Of a stretch of DNA of 64,000 bases, positions 10,881-25,400 are shown one piece after another; within the stretch, counting starts at the first letter, position 1, and each line of letters opens with the position of its first letter. The notes beneath the pieces were generated by a model. It was not told where the DNA came from, made no database searches, and saw only the letters and a program-made list of their open reading frames with translations. Position numbers and translations under genes: made by a program. This DNA comes from Eledone cirrhosa (lineage: Eukaryota), in the NCBI GenBank assembly GCA_964016885.1, contig OZ024750.1, positions 6,262,001-6,326,000 of the forward strand, read 5' to 3'.

Positions 10881-13800
10881 AATGATTTTTGAAATTCGTG
10901 CAAAGTAATATGGGTAGAGAACTGTCTATGAAACCAACCCCACTAACTAAATAGTTCTGATTTTGTTCGAGTATGGAAGAATAAAAAGCAGCATTGTCCT
11001 TCACATGTTTTGAACATAGAACACAGAACACAAAGTGACGTCACTATAACTAACACAGCAAGGTACTTTGTTCAACGTTCTACCGATGCTTTCATTCCAC
11101 GGCCCTCTATTTCTTTCATATAATGATATCTGATATTGTTTTCGTTCTTGTTAATGAGCCCCAGATATACAGTTTATTATAAGATAAGCCGTGGCAATCC
11201 GGGGGCGGGTTCGAGCATATGTATCAAGGACTACACTATTCAATGTGTATTTCGCGTTTTCTTTTTATAAAACAGTATGTTCTGACATCGAAATTTGGCC
11301 GTGATTTCTACGAAATGGAGCAAATATGGTTTTTAAAATGGTTGTTGTGATGGTGACTATTCTAGATTTATTTGCAGGAACCGGGTCGTGGGCCTCTTTC
11401 AAGAAGATATTACCGTTTACACTACCCTCCATTATAAATAATGACATTTGAAATTTAGTGAGGAGAATGTGGGACATTTATACATTTATTAAGATATCTA
11501 TCTTTGCCTGGGGTTATAAACTTCTGATTATGTTTAAGTCCAGGCTGGTTCTAATCATGCTGATCTATGATCAACAATATTTCATTCATGGCCATTGGTT
11601 TAAATTCGTATGTAAGACTGTATTTTCTAAAGTATAATTCCTTTGTTAAGAGGCTATGGACTGATTTGAAAGAAACGTGACTGTTTTTTTTTTCCTACGA
11701 CAATCTAGAGGCTTTCTTGCTGACTCTTAATACTAATTACATATTTATCAAAGGTACCCCAAGAGGAACGATGTCAATGTTGTTATGAAGTACTCACATT
11801 GAAGAGGGAGATGAGTATATATGTGATAATATAATCACTTAAACTGAGAGAGAGAGAGGGGGATATATATATATATATGTATATATATAGAGAGAGAGAT
11901 CTATTATTTCGTTATCTCAAGAGGTTATATAGCAGCACGCCTTCATTTCTGAAACTTTCAAACTCACTTTGTCTTATAATCTATTTTAATATTTTATGGT
12001 ATACTTATAAAATAGCCACCAACATCGTTAGTTTCCTTTTCGGGGCTACAACATGGCCCCTCCAACCCTCCAACACTAGCTAACCTTTTCAAGACACAAG
12101 TGCGACTCGGATTAGATCGATGGAATTGCTTTACACATATCGGCCTCACATCAAGAAGAAGACGAAGAAAACGAAGTCAAAGAAGAATTAAGGAGACATA
12201 TCCTGCCAAAACAATAGTATCTGTGCTAATGGAATATTGATTTGTCTATGATATCTCACAGATATATATTGTGATATCTTATACTGTTTCATGTCGCGTG
12301 ACTATCTTACTATGATATCATTTATGTATTTATTCATTGGGGTAGAGTAATGAAACATAATGTCATATTAATATTTATAGACCAAGTGGTGTAATGTTCA
12401 AGTAAAACTATTCTAATTATAAAAAGATACTTATATAAGGAACAACAAAATATATAAAACAAAATAAGCACCAGAGAATGTTATCTCTTTATGGCGTAGT
12501 TTGGAACTTTTTTCTGATGAGAAATTCAAATTTGAGTCTAGATTGACACCTTTAACAAATGAAATGGTTATGTTTGTATCAGCTATATATAACATTATTA
12601 TATATATTTTTTATTTTAGGCTCAGCAACTGGTGTTTTATATCTCATTAAAATATATACCAGCGTGATATCTTAATTAAATATCGAATGTTGTTACAACA
12701 GTGATAAGCTTTAGTCGTATTCTGCGTGAAACTCAAATTCGATTACCCTCAGCTGATATTTTACTTAAAGTCATTTGCAAAGATAAAGAAGAAAAAAAAA
12801 AGAGAAATCCATTAAATTCACACAACTGCCATTCCCCACTCAAATTAACAAGAGGGTGGTGAATACTTGATCACCTGTTGTTGAATAATTGACTATATTC
12901 CCTATCACATGTCAAATAATCTCTTAGCCTAGAAACATGAGATACTATGACAGATATCAGCATGATATTCTAGACAAATTATCTCTAAACCTATAAATAC
13001 CAATATTACATTCTGCTTCAGGATACACCTTTTAGCAATTATATTTACAAAAAAGACATATTTATTCTCGCTGAATAAAAATGTTTAGGCGAAATACGTT
13101 AAGAAGAAGGCATATACAGAGCAATGATATAATCACCCCATGAGCTCTTGATCAGTTTTAAACAACGCACTGAGACTATACCTTCCGGTGTAGATAGAAT
13201 AGTACGGTAATTATTTTACTACACCCGGAGGTTTTATAGAAATTTAGAAACTAAGATGAACATTTAGAAATATTTTCTGTTTTTTTTTCTTTGTTAGATT
13301 ATATTCGTTTTTTTTTCCACAGAAGTTGTTATGATAAATAGATTTTAAGGCTTTCTTATGACATGGTATAACATTAGTATGTTAACTCATACCATCTGAC
13401 TAAACATCCATGCTAACATAAACCCCGAAATTCTGGAAATTTAACAACTATAAAAATACTAAAAATACCCTTCACACATTCTGCAATACCCTACTTACAA
13501 TCCGATAAACTTCGTGCAACACAAGTACACTGTTTATGGCCTGTTCCCCATTTGGTCAGTCGATAGAAACATTTTCATGCTATTTCTCATGAAAAGCAAA
13601 TTATGTCGGGCGCGAGACATCTGACAGACTACGTCTTGTTTATACTCTGCAGTCATATCGCTCACGCTATGTTTGTGTCGATTACATGAATTAATAATCT
13701 ACAACAGCAATAAACCGGACGAAGTATTAACGGAATGAACACTAAACAGCGAAGTCTGTAATCATAATGGCCATTGAAATAATCACTTTTATGTTCGTGG

Positions 13801-15020
13801 ATGTAATTTGCTACTGTAGCAAGATATATGAAACTGATTAGATTTGTAAATGATTTGTATTAGTTTGTAACAAATTTATTTTGAAGCACTTTCTAACTTG
13901 ACTATTAGTTACATCGGATTCCATGTAAGTTTGATATTTAAAGAGAACCGCTTAACTTGAAAAATATAACAAAACGTTATCTAAACATTATTTACTGTTG
14001 CTTTTATGGGAATGGAAACCTTTTTAAGAGAACTAGGGTGGCCTTTTATTTTTATTTCTTTCCTTTTAAAAGTATATATATATATATATATCATAGAAGC
14101 AATAACAGAGTGCGGAGAAGAATTAACTTCTTAAATGGAAATCTAGGTGAATGAAATAAGAAGCACAGTCTGATATCATTTTATTCTTTGATTATTTTCT
14201 ATATCAAACATTTAGTAACGTACTATAGTATGTCATTTTGTTATGAAGTCTTGTCTAGGTGCAGAGTATAGGCATGTTAGCTAACAAAATGTCGACCTTG
14301 AGAAGACCTTAAATAAAGTATTTACCTACCATAAATATTCCGATGATTTGTCAGACAATATATATATGTATTATCCACTGTGTTCTTTAATTAAAAAAGA
14401 AATATTAGTCTCATCTGGAGTCTTAGGTTGTGTCAGGACCAATAGGATTCATCAATGTCTTTTATAGGGCACATTATGCATTAATGGGAGAAAATGGTAC
14501 ATATTCTTTGACCAACAAAGTACTGGTGATAAATAATGGGAGTTTTTTCGGGCAATGTTATTTGCAACAGACTAGTTTTTACCCCAAGAAATATATATTA
14601 TCTCATTCAATGACTAGCAACGGATCTGAAAATTCAATTTAAAAAAAAGCAAGATAAGACGATATAAATAATATAAAAAGTATCATAAATGGGACTAATG
14701 GAGTCTAGAACTAATGAATGAGACAATGACTATCATCAGTCAGGAGAAGATGGGTTTTTTCTCGAGAAATAAGTAAAATGAATGATTTCTTATTTCAGAT
14801 TTACAGGGGACTGGCAAATACTGTATTGTTAAAGGTTTTTTTTTGTGGAAGAGTGGGGGTGTTTTCTATGGAATTCACATCATTAGGGTTAAGAAAACTT
14901 CTTAAAATAAATTTGAATTTCCTGCTGAGAAAGAAGAGTTTCTACATATACATATGTACCTACCTAAATGCATGCAAGAATATATATATACACTCATACA
15001 CACATACCTTACATATATAT

Positions 15021-15160
15021 AGACTATACTTTCAGATTTATACCTGATATTATTGGGGCTCTGGGATATGTTACTAACTGCCTCAATACAAATCTTGAGA
15101 AGCTGGACTTCACAGAACCAGAAAGAACACGACTACTTAGAAAGTTATAAGTACAATCCA
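15021..15160 (+). mobile_element. C-terminal fragment of an RLE-type (R4/Dong-like) LINE
   Basis: DYTFRFIPDIIGALGYVTNCLNTNLEKLDFTEPERTRLLRKL*VQS matches the PxIIGALG motif that follows the restriction-like endonuclease core. Confidence 0.65.
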
Positions 15161-15164
15161 GACC

Positions 15165-15252
15165 TTCAACTAGCTGTTGAGACGGCAAGAACTCAGCCGT
15201 CGGGCAACGACTCTTTATGATATATGATATAGCCATATCGAGTACTCTGTTG
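15165..15252 (+). mobile_element. Degenerate family B fragment
   Basis: CTAGCTGTTGAGACGGC...CTCAGCCGTCGGG and GAGTACTCTG align with 9672-9780. Confidence 0.55.
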
Positions 15253-15299
15253 ACTGTTGAGTAATAGTCTAACTAGTTTTAAACTGGTTGTACCCTGAT

Positions 15300-15326
<27 letters not shown>

Positions 15327-15331
<5 letters not shown>

Positions 15332-15505
15332 CAACAGATCAAAGTTTAAGCAAAGAATCGCTGCTTTCACCCTTAACGATTCTTTGTTTAACTTTGTTTA
15401 ATCTGTTATTTTAATAAATATTTGCTCTGGGGTTCTTATATATTTGATATATATTTATCCTTATCGAGCCCTCTTTGGATTTTAGTCTTCACATTTATTA
15501 TATCT
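15327..15505. mobile_element. Fold-back element family E in (TA)n
   Basis: 15328-15360 is an imperfect inverted repeat of 15377-15412. 15328-15379 is the reverse complement of the hammerhead 3' half at 56294-56342; tail similar to 56172-56252. Confidence 0.7.
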
Positions 15506-15631
15506 AATATATATATATATATATATAAGTAAGATGTATGGTAGGTCGTATGTGAATCGCGATGATCACGTCTGACTTACCAAATATGTGACGGTAGCTA
15601 GTTAAGCTCTATGCGTATACGCAGAGCAGAA

Positions 15632-15680
<49 letters not shown>

Positions 15681-15684
<4 letters not shown>

Positions 15685-16147
15685 ATTAAATAAATGGAAA
15701 ACTATATTTATAAAACCATATTTATTTCATTATATATATTTCGGGGATATCATATTAACAATATGCTATGCCTTCATCAGACAAAATACAATATAAACAG
15801 TTTTATAGATAAATATATTCGACATACCGTAATAAACATCAACTTCATTTGAAGAGGTTTACGCTAGCAGTCTAAACCTCTAAACCTCTTCAAATGAAGT
15901 TGATGTTTATTACGGTATGTCGAATATATTTATCTATAAAACTGTTTATATTGTATTTTGTCTGATGAAGGCATAGCATATTGTTAATATGATATCCCCG
16001 AAATATATATAATGAAATAAATATGGTTTTATAAATATAGTTTTCCATTTATTTAATATTGTAAATATACTCCAAATATTTGTCGAGTGCTTTTATATCA
16101 GTTATAAATATTTACTAGTTGTAACCCAACAATTTAAAATATAACTT

Positions 16148-16152
<5 letters not shown>
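15681..16152 (+). mobile_element. Palindromic hammerhead element family A (181-bp inverted arms plus ~90-bp tail) in (TA)n
   Basis: 15681-15861 reads as an exact reverse complement of 15881-16061 with a 19-nt loop; both ends abut (TA)n; related copy at 60771. Confidence 0.9.
15947..16026 (+). ncRNA. Minimal type I hammerhead ribozyme (family A); mirror copy on the minus strand at 15716-15795
   Basis: CTGATGA 15962-15968; long imperfect stem II (CATATT/AATATG inner helix); GAAA 16000-16003; palindromic stem III TATATA; AUA triplet with predicted cleavage after 16011; stem I TATATT(G)TATTTTGT pairs with ATGAAATAAATATG. Confidence 0.75.
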
Positions 16153-16208
<56 letters not shown>

Positions 16209-16509
16209 TATATACATATATAACTGGTTCTATCCTGATATATATAAACAGAAGAGAAAGAGAGAGAAATGGAGGGGAAGGGAGTGATGTGATGTGACTG
16301 AGAAAGAGTGAGAAGTGGAACAGCCCTTCAGAATGCTATCTTCAGCTGCGATCACCAACCCCCTACTTGCCATATGCTCTCCTATCCCCATTTTCCTCCT
16401 TTCCACAACCTTAAACACAATAAAATCAACCAGTTTGGTATGTCTAGTATTTCTTAATGTAAAGGTTTTCCATTGCTCCACATTTTTATGCACTTACACC
16501 TACACACTT

Positions 16510-17320
<811 letters not shown>

Positions 17321-17689
17321 GCATATTTGTATACAACTTGGGTGGTATGTGTGGAATTTTAATCAATCGTTGTCTTTTAAAATGAAGATGTCGCCCAGTT
17401 TAGGTGATGACAACTCAGGAAATTAGAATTGTAAGGTCGTTGCTGTTAAAATATCACAAACTTAGCTTGAGCGGGGAAGATCAATTCATACATGAAGAGT
17501 CTGAGTCGGTAAAGCATAGGGCGAGATGTCCCATTGTATTTGTATCGCTGTCTGCGATTTTAGTTCAAATCCCACCATAATTAAATTTCTATTTCATTCT
17601 CTCTAGGTATATAAAATAATCTACCATTTCATTGACAGAATTGTTCGGATGATGGATATGATACACTGTAGTATTCTTCCCGGTGTTTG

Positions 17690-17792
17690 CGTGACCAGAC
17701 GAGCTCATGGATGTTATCAAGCCATCTTGCTCAGGGTCTACCCCCCTGGGTATCCTGCCAGTTGGTTTTGCCCGTAAAATCTATCCAGCGAT
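17690..17792 (-). mobile_element. RTE-clade LINE fragment, same family as 1928-2122
   Basis: Shares GACCAG.C.AGCTCATGGATGTTAT...CCATCTT.CTC.GGGT.TACCCC with 2050-2105. Confidence 0.65.
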
Positions 17793-18363
17793 AGTCCTTT
17801 ACAGACAAAATATCTGGTTTGTCATGGCTGGGACGTCTTATAGGTAAGCTCTGGTCTAGCAAAGCTAGATATAAACAATAGTAACAACAACAACACTAAC
17901 AACAACAATCAGAGTCAGCACCAACAGTACGTATTTCATCGACTCCTGAGAAATGAAAGTCAAAGTGGTTTCGAGAGGTATTTAGACAGTATACAAAGGG
18001 ACGTAACTAAACACAAGTCTGTTTAGTCCGGAGAAAGCAATTAGTGTAATATTTTGCCTCCTTTCCGGTAGTTTATCATTATGAACTTTGAGCCAAATAT
18101 GCTTCAAAGACATACCTAACACAGTTTAAAACTTTGATGTGGTTTGTTTTTCATGTGCTTTTGTTTTGTCTATCTAAATCTACATTCTCTGATATTTCTT
18201 GCCATATTCAAAGGCAGTATCCTATTCTATGGAGTTTGGCTGCTGTTTATAGCACAGCAAGTTATCATGTAGAGGCTCGTTGCTTCGTTAAAGATGAATT
18301 ACTTTCACCCAGGAAATAGTTTATGACAGTGTCAGGGGTTAAAGGTATATTAGTTACATAAGT

Positions 18364-18580
18364 GAAGGCGTGTGGCTGAGTGGTTAGAGAACTGGATTCG
18401 CAATCATGAGGTTGTGAGTTCGATTCCTGGACCAGGCGATGCGTTATGTCCTTGAGCAAGACCCTTTATTTCACGTTGCTCCTTCTACCTGGAGTTGCGA
18501 CCGATATATAGTATTAGCAATTGGAAAGACCAACGTAAACAGTTTTTCTTCGGTCCGATTTGACGAAAGTCGATCGACTG
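18364..18580 (+). mobile_element. tRNA-derived SINE family 2 copy
   Basis: A box TGGCTGAGTGG, B box GAGTTCGATTCC, core TGTCCTTGAGCAAGAC; body and tail nearly repeated at 38893-39090. Confidence 0.85.
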
Positions 18581-19135
18581 TCGATATAGTTACATTCATA
18601 ACAGTCCAACCATAGAGCCGACTTACTTAATTGCTTAGATTAGAAATTTGACTTTTTGATTGATTGACTAGCCTACTGACTAATTAATTGTTTCGTTGAT
18701 TGATTGACAAACGTTCTAGCTGACTGGCTGTTTGTTTATTTGTTTAGTTAGATGGTTTGTTGGTAAAAGGATTCACTAGAAGTGGTCATTTTTGGGGTAT
18801 TTTCATCAACATCATTCCAAATATAGAGTTTAACTTTACAACTGGAACTAAGGTTCCACAGAAGATTATTTGATCTATTGATGTATGTGAATCATTGGAC
18901 AATATATTGGAATAGCTGGATCAAAAAATATATATTTCATTATATTGGTTGATGGAGATAAAGAAGACATATTTCAATATTGGATTTACATGCGTAACAC
19001 TGAAACGACCGTATCAATAGATATTTCCTAAGTTGATATATTGATTTGCTGGATCAATAAAGACCATTTAGCAATACACACATTCATAGGAGATAGAGTT
19101 CTGTGTGTATACATGACTCTCTCCCTCTCTCTCTT

Positions 19136-19181
<46 letters not shown>

Positions 19182-19205
19182 AAGAGAGAGAGAGAGAGAG
19201 TATAT

Positions 19206-19237
<32 letters not shown>

Positions 19238-20114
19238 GCACAAAGAGAAAGGTGTTGTGTGTCTGTATATAAATATGTGTGTGTGTGTGCATGTGAGTGT
19301 ACAAACATACGTATGTATATACTATATAGACATATATATCTTATGTGTATCTGTGAAAGAGAAATATGAGAGTGACGGGAAAAGAGGTGGTGAATGGATC
19401 AAGAATGAGGGGCTTTAGTTTATATATCGGAGTGAATGAAATGAGATAGCATATTTGATTAGTTGATCTATACGATTCTGTAGATCAAACTATCGGAATT
19501 TATATTAGGATATTTGATTGGCTGATAAATCAAACGATAGAAATTCCCAAAAGTCAGCATGTGTGAAAGATAGATGACGAATCGATACAAAAAGTGGACA
19601 CATCCTGCACAGCTGGTTCAGCCACACTTTATTCATTGGAAAGATTTGTTGAATTATATAAAGTTTTAATTTATAACTTGAAGAACTTATTTCATTGTTC
19701 TATAAAACACCATTCGATACTTTCCCACTTTCGATAATTTAAAGTTATTATTAAGTTCGGAGTCATTGAAGAATTAAATGAAGCAAGTATAATATATTTA
19801 GTGTAAGTTATTTTGTATCCCATAAGGATATATTGTTGTTTGTAATCAATATCGGGACAATATGATTAGAATGCTGGTTTCTTCACCATACGGTTATATT
19901 TGCTTCAGTATTCTACCCCGAATCAATACTTGGTAACAGGAACATCTACATGGCAATTCAGACTACTAGAAATAGCAGCGAAATATCACTCAAATCAAAC
20001 CTTACTGTCCTAGAAAAAAGGACACGTTGTAGAATTAGGCGCTGGGTCTATGTTGCATAAGGAGGCGAGGTGAAGACATGGCACATGGAATGTTCTTTGT
20101 GATACACTACCCCA

Positions 20115-20825
20115 CAAAAAAAATTACTGGCCTTGTGCCTAAATCAGAAACCATTGTTGTTGTTGTGGTTGTTCGGTGGATTAGCAGTATCAGTAGAGCG
20201 TCGGACGCCATGCTTTGCAGCATAGAGTTACGTTCCTTTACGCTCTCAGTTCAAATCCCGTTGAGGTCAACTTTGCCTTTCATCCTTAAGGAGTCAATAA
20301 AATAAAGTATCAGTAATACACTGGGGTCGATTTAAGCGACTCCCCCCTCCAAAAAAATTGCTGGCCAATCAGAATTGCTGCCCAATCAGAAACCAATGTT
20401 ATTAATATTATTATGTGGATCGGCAGTATCAGTAGAGCTACAGGCAAAATGTTTTGCAGCATAGAATTATGGCCCTTTGCGTTTTGAGTTCAAATCTCGC
20501 CGAGGTTATCTTTGCCGTTCATCCTTACAGGGTCGATAAAATAAAGTACCAGTAATGTACTAGGGTCGATTTAATCGACTCCCCCCCCTTAAATTACTGG
20601 TCTTGTGCCTATACTAGAAATAATCATTATTATTATTATTATTTCGCAGCATAAAGTTACGTACCTTTATGTTCTGAGTTCAAATCCCGCCGAGGTTAAC
20701 TTTGCCTTTCATCCTTACAGGGTCGATAAAATAAAGTACCAGTAATACACTGGTATAATTGCTGGCCTTGTGCCAAACGTAGAAACAATTGTTATTATTA
20801 TTATTATTATTATCATTATTATTTC
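20115..20825 (+). mobile_element. Head-to-tail array of SINE family 1 (one tail, two near-full copies, one 5'-truncated copy)
   Basis: Repeated GTTCAAATC...TTCATCCTTA...ATAAAATAAAGTA.CAG units separated by (ATT)n or (GTT)n linkers. Confidence 0.9.
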
Positions 20826-21194
20826 AATTCTATGTTGTATTTTATGATTCTATAGTCTTGTAAAGTGAGACAGTAGACAAAAACCATAATTCTTCATTTG
20901 TATTGTTTCATGCACGTCCTACTGTTGGAGACGGGTAACGCAATAAACGTTGGACTAATTCGTTTAGCATATGCAAGCAGTATTTTGTGTGAGGAATAAA
21001 TATATTTAATATTTATAGTGAGTTTCTATCTGAAATCTATGCAGCCAAGCAAAGTTTTGGGCAGAGATTCGTGGAAAGACAGATATTTAATAATTTTGTA
21101 TTATTTCTCAACTTAACACATAATATGAATAATGTGTCCATCTGTTGAATTTAGATAAATAAATGTTCGCTGCAGATAAACGTGTGATTGTATG

Positions 21195-21310
<116 letters not shown>

Positions 21311-21370
21311 TAGATAGATATATATGCATATGTACATATATATATATATGCATATGTGCACACACACATA

Positions 21371-21438
<68 letters not shown>

Positions 21439-21478
21439 CGTGTGTGTGTGTGTGTGTGTATGCATATGTACATATATA

Positions 21479-21548
<70 letters not shown>

Positions 21549-22253
21549 CAATCACACATATATGTATATGTGGTATCAGTTTCTGTGTGGTTGTGAATTT
21601 ATAATATCAAAAAATTGATTTCACAGTCACCGAGGCTAGCTGTCCTACGAACCATTAAGAATTATTCTCTTCGTTGGTAAAAATCCTGTTGCTAAATTCT
21701 CGCAACTTAAATCTCGCCAATACTCTGTGCGGGACGTGATAAGTTAAAATGTCTCAAAACATTCACAGATTGTTCGACTATTGACAACACGTCCACCAAA
21801 ATAAAATAAAATAAAATAAAATAAAATAAAATAAAATAAAATAAAATAAAATATATAAAAAAATCTAACAAAAACAAAAGAAAACCTATGAGTAAAAACA
21901 ACAACATCAACACCACGAACAAAAGAAGTACTGCATAATGTGAGAAAACTCTACGCATGAATATTCCTAAATGAGATAAAATGTCTGAAACCACAAAGAT
22001 AAATATTCATTCAAGACGACATTAAATTTATTGGCGTATCATAAAGGGTTTTTCAAGCACCGCAGACATATGCTATTGGCTACAATCCTTCTTATATGCA
22101 GAGCAGATAATTACATAGGAAAGTCAGGTGGTGGGACTTGATACCACACAGCGATTCATTTATGCTTTAATAGATCAACTCATTATATTTTCTTTTTCTC
22201 AAACACTTCACATGATACGTCGGTCTTTTAGTGATAGTTTTTATATACTATTC

Positions 22254-22351
<98 letters not shown>

Positions 22352-22354
22352 ATG

Positions 22355-22406
<52 letters not shown>

Positions 22407-22586
22407 TGTGTGCATTTGATTAAATTTTTCCTCAAACACATTCTCACATTTTTATACACCACATAATCCTACATAGAGCAAGGGTAAAGGAACACGTACG
22501 AACACACATAGTAAAACACGTACCTTCACTCTTTCGTTCTTTGTGTCACATATACCTCACATACCCTCATATTTATCAAAATATTT

Positions 22587-22638
<52 letters not shown>

Positions 22639-22734
22639 TAGATATGTATAAATACATAGATAAACATACAAATACGTATATATATATTTATTATACACAC
22701 ACACATAGATATGTATAAATACATAGATACACAT

Positions 22735-22817
<83 letters not shown>

Positions 22818-22875
22818 CGTATATAATATATTATACACACACATAGATATGTATAAAAACATAGATACACATACG

Positions 22876-22910
<35 letters not shown>

Positions 22911-23366
22911 ATGTGTGTGTGTCTGTCTGCCTGTGCCTGTCTGTGTGTGTGTGTGTGTGTGTGTGTGCACGTCTACATATATGTTTACTCGTTTGTCTTT
23001 TCGTTTAACCAGTGATTACTGCTTATTTTTCTACTCATCGTCATCCACATCGATGGTTGAATTCCAATGCATATATTGAGAGTTTTTTTTACTTATTTCC
23101 CTTTGCTTTGAATATTTTACTTTTCTCTTTCTATTCTATTGCAACTTTCTGGCTGGTAGTTTTTCCTATTAAACCGATTTAAATATTCTTCCCGTGTATT
23201 TAGGTTTTGCCTATGTTTGTTGTGGTTTTAGTTTTATAACTAGTCACACTAAACCTAATTTAGTGTTATATATATTTTAAACGACAATAAATCCTAATGG
23301 TTTTTTAATACATATTTTATATATTTATGCAAGCACACGAGCATATATACAGAGCCTCATATGTAG

Positions 23367-23445
<79 letters not shown>

Positions 23446-23540
23446 TGTGTGAGTGTGTGTATCCATATAAATATATTTATATGTCAATGTTTAAAAGAAA
23501 TATTTTTTGCCCAAGATACTTTTGTGTCTCAATGTGTGTA

Positions 23541-23610
<70 letters not shown>

Positions 23611-23869
23611 CGTGTGTGAATCTGTATGTGTAATTATATGTGTATGTATGTGTGTTGTGTGTTTCTGAATGTATATTTATCAAAAGAAAATATATCAAAA
23701 ATATTATAGTCATCAAATACATCGAATGACATATTCGTCGAAAATTATTCATAGAAATTCTTATTTGTAGAAAAAATACAATGAATTGAGTCGTCACCAA
23801 CGACAAATTGTGAAATTCTTTGCCGCCTGGTGCAGATATTTATGTCTAGGGTGGTTATTTAGTCCTATG

Positions 23870-24130
23870 CATCACCCACACCACTTTTCTGACTTTGTAG
23901 GAGGGTATCCATCTTTGTGTCTATGTTGTTGTATCGATATGTCAGGACCTTAATCTTGGAGGACATGTTTGTACCTTTTACCCTAACCTGTGAGTAGTGT
24001 CCTTTGTTCAGATGGGCGAATAAGGGAGACTTAGAATTATGATCCTCATCCATACACGACATATGCTCGACTAAGCACAGCTCTGCTTCCTTGAAGATAT
24101 AATTCGATGGAGGTAGTGTGGCACATGTGG
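23870..24130 (-). pseudogene. Decayed RTE (BovB-like) LINE C-terminal fragment
   Basis: AELCLVEHMSCMDEDHNSKSPLFAHLNKGHYSQ resembles the RTE pattern QLRWxGHVxRMxDxRxPKxLLxGELxxGxR. Confidence 0.5.
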
Positions 24131-24402
24131 AAGTCACGTGGTTCGTGTCACATACTTTTAGATCAAATTTATGTTATACTTTAATGTTTTTGCTCAGTCG
24201 AACAAAACATTATGACCACAAATAAACAAATACACCGAAACTTAATCGCAAGTTACTTTCTTTAAGTAACTATTAAAGTTATAAATACAATATTTAATTA
24301 AATATATTCTCAATCACTTTGTATAGAAAAGAAATAAATGTAAGCATGAAAAATAAGGAAACATTCACGTATATCCAAGATTATATTCAGTGCCTTAGAT
24401 AT

Positions 24403-24618
24403 AATGGTTTCTTATATAGGCACAAGGCCAGCAATTTTGGGGGAAGGGAAAGTTGATTATATCGACCCCAGTGCATTACTGGTACTTTATTTTATCGACC
24501 CCGTAAGGATGAAAGGTAAAGTTAACCTCGGCGGGATTTGAACTCAGATCATAAAGGGACGTAACTCTATGCTGCAAAACATGGCGTCTGACCCTCTACC
24601 AATACTGCCAATCCACCA
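24403..24618 (-). mobile_element. Full-length SINE family 1 copy with apparent target-site duplication
   Basis: A box, B box, core and tail intact; flanked by TCAGTGCCTTAGATATAAT (24387-24405) and TCAGTTCCTTAGATATAAT (24622-24640). Confidence 0.9.
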
Positions 24619-24879
24619 CCCTCAGTTCCTTAGATATAATCCAACATGTTTCAATAGCATAGAGCAACATAGCTGTTACTTTTTTAAATTCAGTAAGGCT
24701 TTTAACGTTATTCTACATAACAAGAGCACCAGGTGAGAGAATAGTTAGCTATCCAGGATATACACACGATGCTATTCTTTACATACAGAATAAACAGTTG
24801 AGTTTGATCTATGCCAGGCTTCTACATTATTGTTTGCGCGGTTCTCCTCTTGCAAGATTCTACTGTATACATATTATGC

Positions 24880-25400
24880 AAGTTGATTGAATAACGATCC
24901 AATATACAGTTCAAGACACCTTCTTCCAACGAGGTAAATTTTGTATTAGAAATGGTTGCATTTCATTTGAAAAAGTTTTCTTCAGTTTATGAAATGCATC
25001 CTGGAAATAAGTTGGCGGAATAAATGCAAGTGCATTCACCATGCTCTACGATAAAGAACGAGTCCTAGATTCTCAATTTTTTTCTATACTGACCAACTGG
25101 GTTGCAACAAACAAAGGTAATATTTGAACCAAACACACGAATAAAAGAGTTGTTAACAATGAATCAGTGCTGATAGATTTCAGTTGTGTTGTCATACAGA
25201 ATACGATTAGAAAAAAATCTCAATAAGGATTTCCAGGATAATGGAGAACTGTTCTTCTGTATTTCTGAGATTAAATACACAGACTAAAAACTGGAATATA
25301 CAACTGGTAGAACAGACCATCCCTGCTGTCGAATGTTCCTTTGGCAAACCAGTGGAATTTCTGGCTAAGGAATTCAGGGGATGACTAGTATGAAAACACT
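24880..25400 (-). pseudogene. Mutator-like (MULE) transposase relic
   Basis: Minus strand gives, in order, WFAKGTFDSRDGLFYQLYI (WxxDGTF...FxQLY), NSFIRVFGSNITFVCC, KIENLGL and ALAFIPPTYFQDAFHKL, with frameshifts. Confidence 0.7.

Noticed and set aside
12515-12545. CTGATGA motif; similar isolated CTGANGA at about 245, 3723, 7300, 8458 and 33850
   Set aside because: No properly placed stem II plus GAAA; expected by chance
18364-18445. tRNA gene
   Set aside because: A and B boxes are present but run into a SINE core repeated elsewhere; no convincing cloverleaf
24685-24725. FSKAFNVILHNK resembling an RT DFSKAFD motif
   Set aside because: Too short, with no flanking RT motifs recognised
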